42,111 nt of DNA, from positions 1 through 42,111 of the forward strand of contig JBBQVJ010000003.1 in assembly GCA_038211705.1 (NCBI GenBank), read 5' to 3'. Below, one piece after another: positions 26,754 through 37,970 of the stretch. The notes under the pieces were generated by a model, which worked only from the letters and a program-made list of their open reading frames with translations, made no database searches and had not been told where the DNA came from. This DNA is from Candidatus Limnocylindrales bacterium (GTDB taxonomy: Bacteria; Chloroflexota; Limnocylindria; Limnocylindrales; CSP1-4). Both the position numbers and the translations under genes were made by a program. Each line of letters opens with the position of its first letter. Position 1 is the first letter of the stretch.

Positions 26754-28448
26754 ATGACCCGAGGCTCGCGGCTGGTCCTGCTCGCCGTCATCGGGATCGG
26801 CGTATTCCTGGCCGGGCTCGAGCTGATGGTCACCGCGATCGCGCTGTCTTCGATCCTCGATGACCTCGCCGATTCGTCGCGCGGATCGGCCTGGGTCGAG
26901 CTGCGCAAGGCGAGTTGGATCATCAACGGCTATCTGCTGGTGTACATCCTGACCATGCCGATGGCCGGCCGGCTGGCCGACCTGTGGGGCGCGAGGCGGC
27001 TGTTCATCGGAGCCCTCGCCATCTTCACCGTTGGATCCGCGCTGGCCGGGGCGGCCCAGACGCTCGACCAGCTCATCGCCGCGCGGCTGGTCCAGGCGGT
27101 CGGCGGGGGCGTGCTTGTCCCGGTCGGGACGGCGGCCGCGGCGTATCTCTTCAGTGGCGCGACCCGCCCGCGCGCGCTCGGCGTCGTTGGCGCCCTGACG
27201 TTCCTCGGGATGGCCGCGGGTCCATTCGTCGGGGCGGCGATCCTCGCCTCGGTCCACCCGGCGAGCGCGCTGGCGAGGGCCGGCATGACCGGCACGATGG
27301 CGGCGATCCTCGCGCCCGCCTGGCGCTGGGTCTTCTACCTGAACATCCCCATCGGGATCATCGGCATCGCCCTCGCCTGGGCCGCCTCGGTTGACTGGGA
27401 GACGCCGCGCCGACCGGGTCGGGTGGATCTCATCGGGGCGGCCTGGTTCGGGCTGGCCCTGGTGACCGGGCTGATCGGGCTGACACTCCTCGGTTCGACC
27501 GAGATCGCCGGGAGTGGGATCCCACCCGCCGCGGTGACGGCCGCCCTGCTCGCGGTGGCCGCGATCGCGTCGGCGACGGCGGTCGTGCGCGGCCTGCGGG
27601 TACGCGACCCATTCCTCGACCCGCGGCTGTTTCGGAGCGTGTCGTTCAGCTCGGCCGCGCTGGTCTCGCTGCTGACCGGGTACGCCTTCGCGACGGCCAT
27701 CATCGGTGGCGCGGTGTTCGTCGACCGCGTGCTCTATGGTGGCCCCGACGAGCAGGGGCTGGCGCTCGGCGCGCTGGCCGGTGCGACCGCGCTCGGTGCA
27801 CTCGCCTCCGGGTTCCTCGCCCGGGCGGTGCCGCTCAGCGTGGTCGCGGTCATCGGGATCGGCCTGAGCATCCTTGGCCTCATCGCGATGTCGTCATGGT
27901 CGCCGACGACGGCCCTCGAGACCGTCGCGCTGGGTCTCGGTGTCTACGGCTTCGGCTTCGGTCTGACGGTGACGCCCCGTTCCACGGCGGCCGTCGAGGC
28001 GGCCGGCCGGGGCGCCTTTGGCACGGCCTCGGCGGTGGTGACGGTCGCACGGATGCTCGGCATGGCGGTCGGGCTCGCCATCCTCACGGCCTACGGCTCG
28101 ACCACCATCGACCGGCTCTACGACGAGGTCAATGCCACCCCGGACGGGTACCTCCAGCTCATCCCGGAAGCGCTCCGCGATCGACCGTTCAAGGATCCGT
28201 TCGTCGTCGCGGCCCTGGAGGAGTGGGCGTCGCGCGAGGCGGCGTCGATCATGGTCGGGCTGTTCATCGTGGCGGCCGGCGTGACCGCGCTGGCCATCCC
28301 GCCGGCACTCGCGCTGGGCGGTCGATGGGGAGGTCGGGCGCGTATGCTGGACCGCGCATCGGGCGCGAGTGACGCGACCGAGGGGAGCTCCGCCGAAGGA
28401 CCCGACGCCGATGGCCACGAAACGACCGAACGCGGCCTCGCGCTCTAG
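26754..28448 (+). CDS. MFS transporter, DHA2/EmrB-like
   Basis: WIINGYLL, GRLADLWGARR (motif A), ARLVQAVGGG and WRWVFYLNIPIG. TACACT -10 lies 7 nt before the ATG. Confidence 0.92.
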   Translation: MTRGSRLVLLAVIGIGVFLAGLELMVTAIALSSILDDLADSSRGSAWVELRKASWIINGYLLVYILTMPMAGRLADLWGARRLFIGALAIFTVGSALAGAAQTLDQLIAARLVQAVGGGVLVPVGTAAAAYLFSGATRPRALGVVGALTFLGMAAGPFVGAAILASVHPASALARAGMTGTMAAILAPAWRWVFYLNIPIGIIGIALAWAASVDWETPRRPGRVDLIGAAWFGLALVTGLIGLTLLGSTEIAGSGIPPAAVTAALLAVAAIASATAVVRGLRVRDPFLDPRLFRSVSFSSAALVSLLTGYAFATAIIGGAVFVDRVLYGGPDEQGLALGALAGATALGALASGFLARAVPLSVVAVIGIGLSILGLIAMSSWSPTTALETVALGLGVYGFGFGLTVTPRSTAAVEAAGRGAFGTASAVVTVARMLGMAVGLAILTAYGSTTIDRLYDEVNATPDGYLQLIPEALRDRPFKDPFVVAALEEWASREAASIMVGLFIVAAGVTALAIPPALALGGRWGGRARMLDRASGASDATEGSSAEGPDADGHETTERGLAL

Positions 28449-28452
28449 CAAG

Positions 28453-29520
28453 GTGGCGGCCCCGGATTCGGACGAGCCGCTCGAGGATCCGACCATCCCG
28501 CTCGAGGTTCGCGTCCAGCACCAGGGCGCGACGGGACCGGCCGGCCGGCCGGGGACGATTTGGGTGGTCGCCCTCGATGGCGAGACGGTGCGCGAACTCG
28601 AGGGCGCGGCCGCGCTCAAAGGACTGCCCGAGCTGCTCGGGCACCCGAACACCTCGGTCTGGGTCGATCTGGTCGCACCGACCGCCACCCAGACGCAGGA
28701 GGTCGGCGAGGCGCTCGGTCTCCACCCGCTCATCGTCGAGGACGTCCTCGAGGGCAACCAGCGGGCCAAGATCGAGACGACCAACGGGGTCGTGCATCTC
28801 GTGCTGTTCCACCTCAACTACGGCGAGACGGTCGTCGCCTCCGAGCTCGATGTCGTGCTCGGACGGGGCTTCCTGCTGACGGTCCACAACGTCGACTGGG
28901 ACCCGCGTGTCGGACACCACCTGGCAGGCGGGCTGGCGCCGGTCCTGAAGCAAGGCCCAGACCACCTGCTGTGGGCCATCGCCGACGACCTGATCGATGG
29001 CTACTTCCCGTTCGCCGATCGGATCGGCGACGCCATCGACGACGTCCAGGACCAGGTCATCCGCAAGGCGACCCCCGACACCGTCGAGCAGCTGTTCAAG
29101 CTGAAGCGCGAGCTCATCCAGGTCCGCCGCGCGATCAGCCCGGTCCGTGAGGTCTTCAACCAGCTGACCAATCGTGACGACCCGCTCATCGACGCCGACG
29201 AGATCGTCTATTTCCGCGACATCTACGACCACGTCATCCGGCTGACCGACGAGCTCGACAACTACCGCGAACTCGCGTCAGCGACGCTCGACGTCTATCT
29301 GACCCAGGTCAACAACAACCTGTCGGTGATCATGAAGCGGCTGACCGGGGTGACGGTCATCCTGGCCGGGATCGGGGCGATCGCCGGCATCTTCGGGATG
29401 AGCGAGGCCGGGGCCGCGCTCGGTGGCCAGGAGGCCGGCGGGTTCTGGTTCATCACCATGATCGTGTTCCTGGTGGCGGCCGTTGCCGCGGTCTTCCTGC
29501 GCAAGATCGACTGGATCTGA
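28453..29520 (+). CDS. corA: CorA family divalent cation transporter (GMS variant)
   Basis: WVDL, LHPLIVED, LLTVH, YFRDIYDH and NNLSVIMKRLT, two C-terminal TM helices, signature reads GIFGMSE. Confidence 0.92.
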   Translation: MAAPDSDEPLEDPTIPLEVRVQHQGATGPAGRPGTIWVVALDGETVRELEGAAALKGLPELLGHPNTSVWVDLVAPTATQTQEVGEALGLHPLIVEDVLEGNQRAKIETTNGVVHLVLFHLNYGETVVASELDVVLGRGFLLTVHNVDWDPRVGHHLAGGLAPVLKQGPDHLLWAIADDLIDGYFPFADRIGDAIDDVQDQVIRKATPDTVEQLFKLKRELIQVRRAISPVREVFNQLTNRDDPLIDADEIVYFRDIYDHVIRLTDELDNYRELASATLDVYLTQVNNNLSVIMKRLTGVTVILAGIGAIAGIFGMSEAGAALGGQEAGGFWFITMIVFLVAAVAAVFLRKIDWI

Positions 29521-29528
29521 GGAGCGCA

Positions 29529-29582
29529 GCGGCTCACGGGGCCGCGCACCGGGGCCGCACACGGCCGCGCACCGTGGGCCGC
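29529..29582. terminator. 11-bp stem enclosing short GGCCGC(G/A)CAC repeats between convergent corA and otsB
   Basis: GCGGCTCACGG (29529-29539) pairs with CCGTGGGCCGC (29572-29582) with one wobble. No U tract. Confidence 0.4.
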
Positions 29583-29592
29583 GGACGACCGA

Positions 29593-30450
29593 CTAGCGTT
29601 CCATCGCCCGCGCGAGCGCCGCCAGGGCCCGCGCGGCCTCGTACGGTGTAGGGAGCGTCACGTCCGCCACTGCCCCGACCTCGTCGGGCATCCCGTGCGG
29701 GCCGACGACGGCGACCGCGAGCCCGCGGATGACGCCCGCCTCGCGCGCTGCCCGCAGGACCGCGAAGCCGTCGGCGTCGCTCACGTCATCGCCGAAGGCC
29801 ACAACGGTCGCCGGCCGGAGCTCGTCGAGCAGTCGTTCGAAGGCCTCCCGTTTGCCGCCGGCCGTGCGTGGCCGCAGGTCGACGACCAGCCGTCCGCGGT
29901 AGTGCCCGAGGTCGTGTGGCGGCAGCTCGCGGTCGACGCGTTCGATGGCGGCCACGACCGCTGCGCGGGCCGCCGCCCGGTCCTCGGCCTGACGGACATG
30001 GAAGGCCACTGACGGGCCCTTGCGCTCGACGAACAGCCAGGGTGGCCGATCGAGGACCTCCGGGACACGCGTGGCGAGGATCTCGGCGGGTTCGAGCGAC
30101 GCGTCGTGGCCGGCACGGAACGTCGTCGAGACACGGGCCGGGTCACCCCCGCGCGGAAAGGACCCCGACTGGAGCCCATGGTCGCCGAGGTAGGTCAGCC
30201 CGCCCACGCGCACCCGGGCCGCGACATCGGCCGCCGTCCGGCCGGTCAGGATGACGATGGTGACCCGCGCCGGGTCGTCGGCGCCGATGCGGGCAAGCCG
30301 CCGGAGCGCCCGTCGCGCCAGGGGCACGATGACCGCGGCCCCGGGATCGCGCGAACCCTCGGCCAGGGTGCCATCGAAATCGGCGACGACGAGCAGGCGC
30401 CCGGGCCCGGCGGCGAGGGCCGCGATCGCATCGATCGCGCCGCTGATCAA
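29593..30450 (-). CDS. otsB: Trehalose-6-phosphate phosphatase (HAD IIB)
   Basis: DFDGTL, LTGR, GDHG, ERKGPSVAFHVR and GDDVSDADGF. Confidence 0.88.
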   Translation of the reverse strand: MISGAIDAIAALAAGPGRLLVVADFDGTLAEGSRDPGAAVIVPLARRALRRLARIGADDPARVTIVILTGRTAADVAARVRVGGLTYLGDHGLQSGSFPRGGDPARVSTTFRAGHDASLEPAEILATRVPEVLDRPPWLFVERKGPSVAFHVRQAEDRAAARAAVVAAIERVDRELPPHDLGHYRGRLVVDLRPRTAGGKREAFERLLDELRPATVVAFGDDVSDADGFAVLRAAREAGVIRGLAVAVVGPHGMPDEVGAVADVTLPTPYEAARALAALARAMER

Positions 30451-31097
30451 GGCGTGACGTCGACGCCCGGCAGGATGGTCTTGAGGCCGGCCACCATGAC
30501 GTCAGGGCCGATCCCGCCCAACGCCCCGTCGCGGACGATGCCGTCGGCGTCGATCCAGAAATGGACCGGCAGGGCGATCGCGTCCCAGGACTCGGCGGCG
30601 GCGCCGGTGGTGTCGAGACCCAGCGGGAAGCTCGCGTTCAGGCTCTCACCGAAGGCGGCGACCGCGGATTCGTCCTCCTTGACATCGATCGCCATGACGA
30701 CCAGACCGGTGTCCGCGTAGCGCGCCGCGAACCCGTTCATCAGCGGGAACTCGTCCTGGCAGGGCGGGCACCAGGTCGCCATGAAGTTGATCCACACCGG
30801 TTTGCCCTTGAGGTTCGCCAGGTCGATCGTCCCGCCGCCGACCTGCGGGACGACGAGCGCCGGCGCGGGCTCGCCGACGTGGAACGCGCCGGCCGAGGCA
30901 GTCACGGACGCGCTTGGCGTGACGCTCGGCGCGACCGACGGGCTCGGCGACGGGCCCGCGGTGGCGATGGCCAGGCTCGGGGCAGGACTGGACGGCCGCG
31001 GCCGGTCGGGGGCGAACGCGAGGATCCCTCCGAGCAGCAGCCCCGCGACGGCGATGCCGACCACCAGGCCAGCGACGATCGATAGGCGCGCCTTCAT
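30447..31097 (-). CDS. Membrane-anchored TlpA/ResA-like thiol-disulfide oxidoreductase
   Basis: N-terminal TM, Pro/Ser linker, GKPVWINFMATWCPPC and LPVHFWIDADG. Confidence 0.93.
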   Translation of the reverse strand: MKARLSIVAGLVVGIAVAGLLLGGILAFAPDRPRPSSPAPSLAIATAGPSPSPSVAPSVTPSASVTASAGAFHVGEPAPALVVPQVGGGTIDLANLKGKPVWINFMATWCPPCQDEFPLMNGFAARYADTGLVVMAIDVKEDESAVAAFGESLNASFPLGLDTTGAAAESWDAIALPVHFWIDADGIVRDGALGGIGPDVMVAGLKTILPGVDVTP

Positions 31098-31168
31098 ATC
31101 GCGCGGAAGGGTACCAGTACGAGCGGGCTGCGGCGTTTCAAAAGGACCGCTGCTACCATGCCGGTCCC

Positions 31169-31891
31169 ATGAACGACCTCGCGGATCGGATCCGAACGCG
31201 AATCATCCCGGCCTTCGTGACCGCCCTCGGCGTGACGTTCCTGGCCGCGGGTCTGCTATCGTTCACGACGCCGGTCGCCGCCGACCCCATCGATCCAGGC
31301 GATCCGATCGCCACCCCCGTTGCGGGCGTCAGCGCGACCCCGATCCCGCGGATCACCCTGCCGCCGCTCGGCTCTGGCGGCCCGCCATCGGTGGCGCCAT
31401 CCATCCCGCCGAACCGGGTCGCGACCCGGATCCGGATCGCCGCGCTCAAGATCGATCTGCCGATCATCCGCCAGCCCGATCCGAGCTATCCGGCCTGCAA
31501 CGTCGCGATGTACCTCGACGACCCGCGGCTCGGCCAGCCGGGTGAGGGCCACGCCTCCTACATCTACGCCCACGCGCGGACCGGCATGTTCCTGCCGCTG
31601 CTGACCGCGTCGAAGATCTCGAATGGGGCCAGGATGAAGGGCATGGTCGTGGAGATCTGGACCAACGACGATCAGCGCTTCCTTTATGTCATCACCAAGG
31701 TCAAGCGTCACGTGGCGTTCGATGGCGCCGTCGGGCCGGCGATCGCCGTGACCCACGAGCAGCTCTGGCTCCAGACCTCGGAGGGCGTGGGCACGCAACC
31801 CAAGCTCCAGATCGTGGCCGACCCGCTCTCGCAGGAGGCGGCGCCGCACGACGAGGCCAACCCCACGCCGAAGCCGCTCAACTGCAAGTAG
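31169..31891 (+). CDS. Sortase-fold protein with the catalytic Cys replaced by Ser
   Basis: N-terminal TM, Pro linker, IRIAALKIDLPI, GQPGEG..SYIYAHAR..MFLPL, G..V.I, RFLYVI and LWLQTSEG in place of LxLxTC. Confidence 0.7.
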   Translation: MNDLADRIRTRIIPAFVTALGVTFLAAGLLSFTTPVAADPIDPGDPIATPVAGVSATPIPRITLPPLGSGGPPSVAPSIPPNRVATRIRIAALKIDLPIIRQPDPSYPACNVAMYLDDPRLGQPGEGHASYIYAHARTGMFLPLLTASKISNGARMKGMVVEIWTNDDQRFLYVITKVKRHVAFDGAVGPAIAVTHEQLWLQTSEGVGTQPKLQIVADPLSQEAAPHDEANPTPKPLNCK

Positions 31892-31917
31892 GGCGCGGGG
31901 TCAGTCAGGCCGCCGGA

Positions 31918-33435
31918 TCAGTTCGGCAGTGCGGGGATGATCGTCTGCGCGGCGGTGCCGGCGGCATCGAGCGCGTGCGCCGCGACGCTGGCCGCATCGA
32001 GCAGCCCGGTCGGGAACAGCCCGAGCAGGATCGTCAGCACCGACGCTGCGGCCAGCCCGCTCCACAGCAGCGCTCCGTGGCGCAGCGCGGGCGTGTCGGA
32101 CGGCGAGTCGCGCATGAACATGTAGACGATGACCCGCAGGTAGTAGAACGCGGCGATCGCAGCGTTGAGCACGACGATGACCGCCAGGATCGTCAATGGT
32201 CCGCCGGCCTGCACCGCCGCCAGGATGATGTTGGCCTTGGCGAAGAATCCCGCCGTCGGCGGGATCCCGATGAGCGACAGCAGGAACAGCGTCATCAGGA
32301 TGCCCATCAGCGGTTCGCGCCGGCCGAGACCGGCGAACGTCGCCAGGCTCGAGGTGACGCCGGCCCGCTTCTGGAGCGCGGCGATGACGGCGAAGGCGCC
32401 GAGGTTCATGAACGCGTAGGCGACGCCGTAGAAGAGCAGTGCCGCAATCCCGTCCCCGGCCGGGTTGCTGGCCCAGGCCGCGAGCCCGACCAGCATGTAG
32501 CCGGTGTGCGCGATCGAGCTGTAGCCCAGCATCCGCTTGACGTTGTCCTGGGTCAGGGCGACGAGGTTGCCCAGCGTCATCGTCAGGGTGGCGAGCACGA
32601 TGACGACTGGCATCCACCAGTCGGCCAGCGGCCCGAGACCTTCGACGAACAGGCGCAGGATCAGGGCGAAGGCACCAACCTTGGGCAGGACCGACAGATA
32701 GCCGGTGATCGGCGTCGGCGAGCCCTGGTACGCGTCCGGCGTCCAGTAGTGGAACGGCACGGCCGCGATCTTGAACGCGACGCCGGTCGTCAGGAAGGCG
32801 AGCCCCATGGCCAGGCCGGGCGACAGCGGCGCGGTCCCGGCCACGATCGCGGCGAGGTCGCTGGCGATCACCCCGAGCTGGATCGAGCCGGTGATGCCCC
32901 ACACGAACGCCAGCCCGAACAGGAAGATCGCCGAGCTGAACGATCCGAGCAGGAAGTACTTGATCGCGCCCTCGGTCGAATAGGCGTCCGACTTGTGGAA
33001 GGCGGCCAGCAGGTAGCCGGGCAGGACCATCAGCTCGAGGCCGAGGAAGAGCATCAGCAGGTCGCCCGAGGCGGAGATGAGCATGGCCCCGGACATCGCG
33101 AAGACGAGGATCGCCGCGAACTCGGCGACCGGCAGGCCGCGCGGCACGAGGTAGTCGGGCCCGAAGACGATGGTCATGGCGATGACCGCGATGAACAGCA
33201 CGTCGAGGAACGTCGTCAGGGCATCGACCTTGTAGGCGCCGCCGAACGCCGTCGTCGGGGTCGGGCCACTACCCACCGCGATCGTCAGGACGGCCGTGAT
33301 GCCAAGGCCGATGAGCGCCACCGCGACGGCCACGGCCGTCCGCCCCGGTCGGATCAGGTCGACGATCAGGATCGCGGCCGCGGCCAGGATGCCGGCCACG
33401 AGCGGGCTGATGGTGACGAAGTCCTGCCAGCTCAA
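31918..33435 (-). CDS. nuoN: NADH-quinone oxidoreductase subunit N
   Basis: LGLELM, STEGAIKYFLLG, FKIAAVPFHYWTPDAYQGSPTP and KRMLGYSSIAH. Confidence 0.97.
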   Translation of the reverse strand: MSWQDFVTISPLVAGILAAAAILIVDLIRPGRTAVAVAVALIGLGITAVLTIAVGSGPTPTTAFGGAYKVDALTTFLDVLFIAVIAMTIVFGPDYLVPRGLPVAEFAAILVFAMSGAMLISASGDLLMLFLGLELMVLPGYLLAAFHKSDAYSTEGAIKYFLLGSFSSAIFLFGLAFVWGITGSIQLGVIASDLAAIVAGTAPLSPGLAMGLAFLTTGVAFKIAAVPFHYWTPDAYQGSPTPITGYLSVLPKVGAFALILRLFVEGLGPLADWWMPVVIVLATLTMTLGNLVALTQDNVKRMLGYSSIAHTGYMLVGLAAWASNPAGDGIAALLFYGVAYAFMNLGAFAVIAALQKRAGVTSSLATFAGLGRREPLMGILMTLFLLSLIGIPPTAGFFAKANIILAAVQAGGPLTILAVIVVLNAAIAAFYYLRVIVYMFMRDSPSDTPALRHGALLWSGLAAASVLTILLGLFPTGLLDAASVAAHALDAAGTAAQTIIPALPN

Positions 33436-35081
33436 TGGGCCGCCCCGCCTTCGGGCTCGAGCGCGGCCGGCCGCGGTCGAAGGAGGACCCAGCCGATGCG
33501 GGCGAGGACCAGCACCAGGACGATGAGCAGCAGGCCGACCACGACCGTGGTCGGGATGGCGATCGGGGCCGACGGCCCGACGACGGTCAGCGTCTCGGTC
33601 ACGGTCCCGGAGATGAGGTTCAGGATCAATCCAGGCTGGAGCCCGAAGATGACGACCAGCGTCCCGAGCGGCACGAGGGTCAGGATCTCGACCGGGTTCA
33701 TGTCGGTCAGATGGTCACCGAGGGCGGCGAGGAAGTCGGACACCTCGCCAAGGACGATCCGGCCGTACATGTACAGCAGATACCCCGCCGCCAGGATCAT
33801 CACGAAGGCGGCCACCGCGGCCGCATACGGGTTGGCCACGAAGGTCCCCACCAGCACCAGGAACTCGCCGACGAACCCGGACAGCCCGGGCAGCCCCGCC
33901 GAGGCGAAGACGAAGAACCCGAAGACCGCGGCCCAGACCGGGGTCCGTGCCGCGAGACCGCCCATCTTGGCGATCGTCCGGTCGTGGGTCCGCTCGTAGA
34001 TGACCCCGACCAGGAGGAACAGGGCGCCGGTGATCAGGCCGTGGTTGATCATCTGGAGGATGGCGCCCTGGACGCCCTGCTCGGTGAAGACGAAGATGCC
34101 GAGGGTCACGAAGCCCATGTGGCTGACCGATGAGTAGGCCACCAGCCGTGTCAGGTCGGGCTGCACGAGGGCTACGATCGCGCCGTAGATGATGGCGATG
34201 AGCGACAGGACGATGATCGCGGGCGCGAACGTCTCGGCGGCCGATGGGTAAAGCGGGACCGCGAACCGGATGAAACCGTAGGCACCCAGCTTGAGCATGA
34301 TCGCGGCCAGCATCACCGAGCCCGCCGTCGGCGCCTCCGTATGGGCGTCGGGCAGCCAGGTGTGGAACGGGAACATCGGGACCTTGATGGCGAAGGCCAG
34401 GAAGAAGGCCACGAAGGCGAGCAGTTGCAACCCGTCGGCGAAGCCACCGGTTCCCGCGTACGCGCGGAGCGCCTCGAAGTCGAAGGCGCCCGTCCAGACG
34501 TTGCCGTGACCGGCCGCATAGGCGTAGGCCGTGGCCAGGATCGCCACCAGCATCAGCAGGGAGCCGACCAGCGTGTAGAGCACGAACTTGATCGTGGCGT
34601 AGATCCGGTTGGCGCCGCCCCAGATCCCGATGATCAGGTACATCGGGACCAGGACGATCTCCCAGAAGATGTAGAACAGGAACGTGTCGAGCGCGCGGAA
34701 GACGCCGATCAGCCCGACCTCGAGGATCAGGAACGAGATCATGTATTCCTTGATCCGCGTCTGGATCGGCTTGAAGCTGGCCAGGATGGAGATCCACGAC
34801 ATGGTCGTGGTGAGCACCACCAGCGCGACCGACAACCCATCAGCGCCGAGCTTGTACTGGATCCCGAAGACCGAGATCCAGTCCTGTGTCTCGACGAACT
34901 GGAAGCCGATCCGGCCGGGCAGGTAGCCGACCAGCAGCAGCAGCGAGACGACCCAGGTGGCCAGCGCGAAGCCGAGCGCGATCGGTCGCGCCGCCGACGT
35001 CGGCGCGACGGCCACTGCCAGGGCGCCGAGCAGCGGCAGGAACGTGACGATGGTCAGGATCGGGATGGCGCTGACGTCCAC
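33432..35081 (-). CDS. nuoM: NADH-quinone oxidoreductase subunit M
   Basis: FYIFWE.VLVPMY, IKVPMFPFHTWLPDAHTEAPT, MLKLGAYG and LPGLSGFVGE. GTG start at 35081. Confidence 0.97.
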   Translation of the reverse strand: MDVSAIPILTIVTFLPLLGALAVAVAPTSAARPIALGFALATWVVSLLLLVGYLPGRIGFQFVETQDWISVFGIQYKLGADGLSVALVVLTTTMSWISILASFKPIQTRIKEYMISFLILEVGLIGVFRALDTFLFYIFWEIVLVPMYLIIGIWGGANRIYATIKFVLYTLVGSLLMLVAILATAYAYAAGHGNVWTGAFDFEALRAYAGTGGFADGLQLLAFVAFFLAFAIKVPMFPFHTWLPDAHTEAPTAGSVMLAAIMLKLGAYGFIRFAVPLYPSAAETFAPAIIVLSLIAIIYGAIVALVQPDLTRLVAYSSVSHMGFVTLGIFVFTEQGVQGAILQMINHGLITGALFLLVGVIYERTHDRTIAKMGGLAARTPVWAAVFGFFVFASAGLPGLSGFVGEFLVLVGTFVANPYAAAVAAFVMILAAGYLLYMYGRIVLGEVSDFLAALGDHLTDMNPVEILTLVPLGTLVVIFGLQPGLILNLISGTVTETLTVVGPSAPIAIPTTVVVGLLLIVLVLVLARIGWVLLRPRPAALEPEGGAAH

Positions 35082-35083
35082 GG

Positions 35084-37053
<1,970 letters not shown>

Positions 37054-37057
<4 letters not shown>

Positions 37058-37371
37058 TGCTTCATCGAATCGTATTCATCGACCAGCGGCGTCTTCTTGT
37101 TGCGGTAGATGGCGATCACGATGGCCAGTCCGACCGTCGCTTCGCCGGCGGCGACCGCCATGACCATCAGCGCGATGACCGAGCCCTGGGCGGCGATCGC
37201 GGCGCTCGCCCCGAATGCGCCGAAGGCGACGATCGCGAGGTTGACGCCGTTGAGCATCAGCTCGATCGACATGAGCATGCTGATGGCGTTGCGGCGAGCC
37301 AGGAAGCCGAACGACCCGATCGAGAAGAGCAGGCCGGCCAGGATCAGGTAGGCGTCGAGCGAGTCGCTCAC
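37054..37371 (-). CDS. nuoK: NADH-quinone oxidoreductase subunit K
   Basis: RRNAISMLMSIELMLNGVN and AAGEATVGLAIV retain both conserved Glu. GTG at 37371 overlaps the nuoJ stop. Confidence 0.96.
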
Positions 37372-37961
37372 GACGGTCCGCCCGGCTCTCGCTTGGCGAG
37401 GTAGATGCCACCGACGACGGCGGCCAGCAGCAGGACGCTGATGATCTCGAAGGGCAGCACGAAGCTGTTGAAGAGCACGTCTGACATGGCGCTCGCAGTG
37501 ATCCGGATCCGCTTGGCGGCCTCGCCCCAGTCGGTCGCGCCGATGGCCAGCGCAAGGACGATCGCGATGACGACCGAGGCGATCGCCGCCGGCACGGCCT
37601 GCGTCTGGAAGACGAGCCGGTTCGGTGCGTCCTTGGTCTGGGTGAGCATGATCGCGAACAGGATCAGGACGCTGATCGCCCCGATGTAGACGATGACCTG
37701 GGCGGCCGCCAGGAGCGGCGCACCGATGATCACGTAGATCCCCGCCAGCGACCCGAAACAGACGATCATCGCCAGGCCGCAGCGGATGATGTCGCGCATC
37801 GTGACGACGAGCAGGGCCGACCCGATCATGACCGACGCGAAGATCCAGAACAGGGCGTCGCCCCAGTCCTGACCGAGGAAGATGATCATGATGGCGGCGA
37901 TGCCGGTGACAAGGCCCAGGACCGCGAGCCCCAGGACGATCGGGATCAGGCGACGCATCAC
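37368..37961 (-). CDS. nuoJ: NADH-quinone oxidoreductase subunit J
   Basis: QVIVYIGAISVLILFAIML and LPFEIISVLLLAAVVG. Confidence 0.95.
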   Translation of the reverse strand: MMRRLIPIVLGLAVLGLVTGIAAIMIIFLGQDWGDALFWIFASVMIGSALLVVTMRDIIRCGLAMIVCFGSLAGIYVIIGAPLLAAAQVIVYIGAISVLILFAIMLTQTKDAPNRLVFQTQAVPAAIASVVIAIVLALAIGATDWGEAAKRIRITASAMSDVLFNSFVLPFEIISVLLLAAVVGGIYLAKREPGGPS

Positions 37962-37970
37962 GTCGTCGAT

